A stretch of DNA of 64,000 nt from Macrostomum hystrix (taxonomy: Eukaryota > Animalia > Platyhelminthes): assembly GCA_950097015.1 (NCBI GenBank), contig CATNEN010000007.1, positions 3,534,001-3,598,000 of the forward strand, read 5' to 3'. Below, piece by piece: positions 60,507 through 64,000 of this stretch. The notes under the pieces were generated by a model. It did not search any database, was not told where the DNA came from, and was given only the letters and a program-made list of their open reading frames with translations. Position numbers and translations under genes: made by a program. Each line of letters starts with the position of its first letter. Within the stretch, counting starts at the first letter, position 1.

Positions 60507-61044
60507 ATGATAAACATTAGCTTCGAAATGGAAAATAGCTTCAATTAAGAAAAAGAAGTTTTTGCCTAGCCGTTAGAGATTCTGAGAAGCATACCTAGAT
60601 TTAACAAACATGGACATACCCTTGCTTCTTGAATGGCACTAATGTTTAGATTTTATGAAATAAAAGGTTTTTCTTATATAAAATATCGTAAAATGCTCTT
60701 CTTAGAGCGAGAAAAAGTTCACTTGCTAAAAAACCGTTAATTCCTGAACCGAACCGAGGAAAAGAATCGGTTCTGTAATTCTGGGAAAAGCTGTATAAAC
60801 TCACAGCGCCTTAGATCGAGTGGAGCGCAAGCAATAAAGACGGCAGTTATTTGTGACAATTATGAAGCAGTTAGCAGAAAATTAACCAATGAATGATTGA
60901 ATTACTATTATTTGATAGAAACCTTGCTCTATTCCCTAAATGAAAAGTCTATATGAAGATTGTATTAAAAGTCTTCTGTAACTTATGACGTTATCGGTCC
61001 AATGACTACTTACTAGTATGTAGACGCTTCATAAGTATGCATAC

Positions 61045-61356
61045 AGAGGTTGTAGCCTAGTGGTTAGGGCGTCGGACTCACGACTTGAAGTTCGGGGCTT
61101 CGATTCCCGATTTCACGGAAACAATGAGTCCTTTAGCAACACACTTAACTCTGCATCGCTTTAGTTCACCCAGCTGTTAAATGGGAACCAGCATAAGCTG
61201 GGATAATTGAAGGTGGGTGTGGCGTCCCCCCCAGTCCATGGACTGAACAGCTGTACGCAGCCTTCAGATGCGCCGCGCAATAGCTGCGGCTTTGCTGTCG
61301 GCTGCACATCTGGCCCGATTGGGACATGTGTAATCAATTACAATTACCAATTATTC
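61045..61356 (+). mobile_element. tRNA-derived SINE (duplicated copy)
   Basis: Same sequence as 50872-51183 at +10173. Confidence 0.75.
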
Positions 61357-62357
61357 ATACGTATGTAGCTGTTAAGAGCTTTCCGAGCTTTCTTTATTGC
61401 AAATCATAGAAAATGTTATTTTAATCTTTGACCGGTGCTAGTTAAAGTAGTACTGATCCGTTACTGCACAACTAAGTATTTACTATTACTTGAAGAATTA
61501 ATCAAGCATCGCAAGTGTTCTCATACAAGTCCTCTTGCAAAGGAATTCCCTTACAGCGAAGAATGACATGCAAAAAGAAAGTCAAAATTTACCGTAAGGC
61601 GTGCGTAGTGGCGCTTGCAAATAAAAAAGTAATTCAGAATTGATGGCGAAATTCAGATTATAGAGTCACTCGGAATAAAGAGATGGAAAACGTTAACTGT
61701 TATTTGTTAATCATTGTATTTAAAAATTTACTGAAAGGTCGTTAGAAAATATTACTATGGCCAGCAGAAAATAAATATGATTTAGTCACCATAAAGAAAA
61801 AGAAAACGAAGCGCATAATGCTTGCGAAAAATTGCAGTAAGCTTTCGGACAATAAATTTAATAGACTTAGTAGCATAGCCAAAATGTAAATTTAACTGGT
61901 AAGTCAAAGGAAAAAATAGTCAATGTTGCTTATTGGACCAGATACTCGAGAAAAGCTGGTCTGACATTGCACCAAAAAGCACCAATTTAAGTTTATAAAG
62001 TTTGGCTATCGGAAAACTGTCTAGAAACTTGCTGCTTTATAATAAGTAAATTAGCAAAATAGATATGTATCGTAAAATTTATATAGAAGTAAAGTAAATA
62101 TTTAAAAATATAGATATATATTAGAGAAAATGCCATTCGATCCTATTTGCAAAGTAGTAAAAGCTTTTAATTAGACAATTTAGTTTCATGTAAGGTAATT
62201 AGAAAACTTTAGATGTTAAAATTGTGTCAGCAATGGAATCAATTACATAGTCAGATTCTAATCAGGGTGAAACTCGGGTGCAGCTTATCATCAGATAGTT
62301 CATTCAGTTTTTACCTAATTCAACACTGCTGCTTGTATTGTACTTTCTGTGGTAAAC

Positions 62358-64000
62358 TCAGAACTTGAAGCCGCCTGGCGGGGCGTTCGTGTCGGTCGGA
62401 GCTGAGAAGTCGATCTGGCCGCTCCCGGCGCCCCCAATGCCGCCGGCCTCATCGGCGCCGCCTTCGTCCTCGGCGCTGAAGTAGGTTTCAATCATCTGCT
62501 GGGCCATTTCGAATACTCGTTCGTTCTCGTGCTCCTGCAGGGCTTCGAGTTTGTCTAGGCCGCCGCAGCCTTCAATCACGATGCACATGTCGTCGGCCTG
62601 GCCGTACTTCTTGGCCAGACTGAGCAGGGAGTTAAGCGACTCCATTACTATGCAGACTATCTTGGCCTCTTGAACGGCCAGCATCTCGCAAAGGGCCGGA
62701 ACAACATTCTGATTGGCCAGGTAGCTGATCTGGGCTTCGCTGCCGCCAGTGACCATGTTGGTTAGGGCCCAGGTGGCCTCTTTCTTGGCTTTGAAGTCGC
62801 CGTTAACCATGATGCCAATTAGTGGCGGAATCAGGTTGTTGTCGATCACCTGAGAGTGAGAGATTGCAGCGAAATCAGTGCACAAGATGCCCAAAGGTCA
62901 TCAAACTGAGGAAGGCAGTGCTGAAGGGTCATAAGACTGATGGAGGCGGTGATGGAAGGTCATGAGACTGATAGACGCAGTGATGGAAGGTCATGAGACT
63001 GATAGAGACAGTGATGGAAGGTCATGAGACTGATAGAGGCAGTGATGGAAGGTCATGAGACTGATATAGACAGTGATGGAAGGTCATGAGACTGATAGAG
63101 GCAGTGATGGAAGGTCATGAGACTGATATAGACAGTGATGGAAGGTCATGAGACTGATAGAGGCAGTGATGGAAGGTCATGAGACTGATAGAGGCAGTGA
63201 TGGAAGGTCATGAGACTGATAGAGGCAGTGATGGAAGGTCATGAGACTGATAGAGACAGTGATGGAAGGTCATGAGACTGATAGACGCAGTGATGGAAGG
63301 TCATGAGACTGATAGAGGCAGTGATGGAAGGTCATGAGACTTATGGAGGCGGTGATGGAAGGTCATGAGACTGATAGAGGCAGTGATGGAAGGTCATGAG
63401 ACTGATAGAGGCAGTGATGGAAGGTCATGAGACTGATAGTGGCAGTGATGGAAGGTCATGAGACTGATAGAGACAGTGATGGAAGGTCATAAGACTGATA
63501 GAGGCAGTGATGGAAGGTCATGAGACTGATAGAGGCACTGATGGAAGGTCATCAGACTGTAACGGAGGCTGTTTGGAAGATTAAAAGAACAGCGCCTCTG
63601 TCGCCAACACACCATTTGAATCTGTGATTGCGATCCGGCCAGCACATTGGAGAGGGCCCACGCAGCCTCCTTGACAATGTTAGGCTTATTGTGGAGCAGG
63701 AGACGGTGGCACTTTGGCAGGAAGCCGGCAGCCAGAGCGGTGTCAGTCTGCTCATCGGTGCCAGTCACAATGTTGCCAATGGTGCGCAGAGCCGGTGTCA
63801 CAATGGCGGCGTCAGTGTGGTCGAGCAGAGCCACCATGGTTGGCAGTACACCGCTGGCGATTACCTGCAGGCAATGGATTTGATCAGATATAATATCCAG
63901 CTATCCAATATCTGAGGGCGATGATAAACTAAGGGAGAAAAGGAGCAAAACTCACCTGACCAATCAGGTCATTAGCTGCGTCAGTAACGTAGCTCATCGC
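62358..64000 (-). CDS. KPNA: Importin-alpha (karyopherin alpha, alpha2/alpha3-like), last three exons; 5' part beyond the window
   Basis: join(63956-64000 AMSYVTDAANDLIGQ; 63613-63864 VIASGVLP...TPALRTIGNIVTGTDEQT...KEAAWALSNVLAGSQSQIQM; 62358-62849 VIDNNLIPPL...KEATWALTN...GGLDKLEALQEHENE...GGFKF*). ARM-repeat W..xN motifs; all junctions phase 0, GT-AG. Confidence 0.93.

Larger units (their letters stand above)
43274..63622. repeat. 10,173-bp direct tandem duplication (43274-53449 / 53447-63622)
   Basis: All ORFs recur at a constant +10173 offset. Minisatellite variant order is the same in both copies where compared. Junction ...CATTTGA[ATC]AACCATTAG... Confidence 0.95.

Overview
Intron-rich animal genomic DNA. 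GC-rich exons, poly-Ala/Gln tracts and many unrelated intronic minisatellites suggest a flatworm such as Macrostomum; this is inference only. Four genes are supported: a BCL11/CTIP-type zinc-finger ORF (+, 21-2546); a 12-exon CLASRP/SFRS16 gene (-, 43795-16065, about 850 aa, reconstructed by hand with all exon phases consistent); DCP2 decapping enzyme (-); and the 3' end of an importin-alpha gene (-, running off the right edge). The right third is a 10,173-bp tandem duplication (43274-53449 = 53447-63622) joined at a 3-bp microhomology. It doubles DCP2 and places CLASRP exon 1 upstream of, and in frame with, the last importin-alpha exon, predicting a 196-aa chimera. Other points of interest: a 4-residue insertion in the DCP2 Nudix box, no DCP2 start codon (possibly supplied by a spliced-leader AUG), a 60-bp TIR element with a 9-bp TSD, a tRNA-derived SINE family, and about 25 different tandem arrays, 10 of which share a GGGAT/ATCCC core. 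All work was by eye; no searches were run, and array boundaries are approximate.
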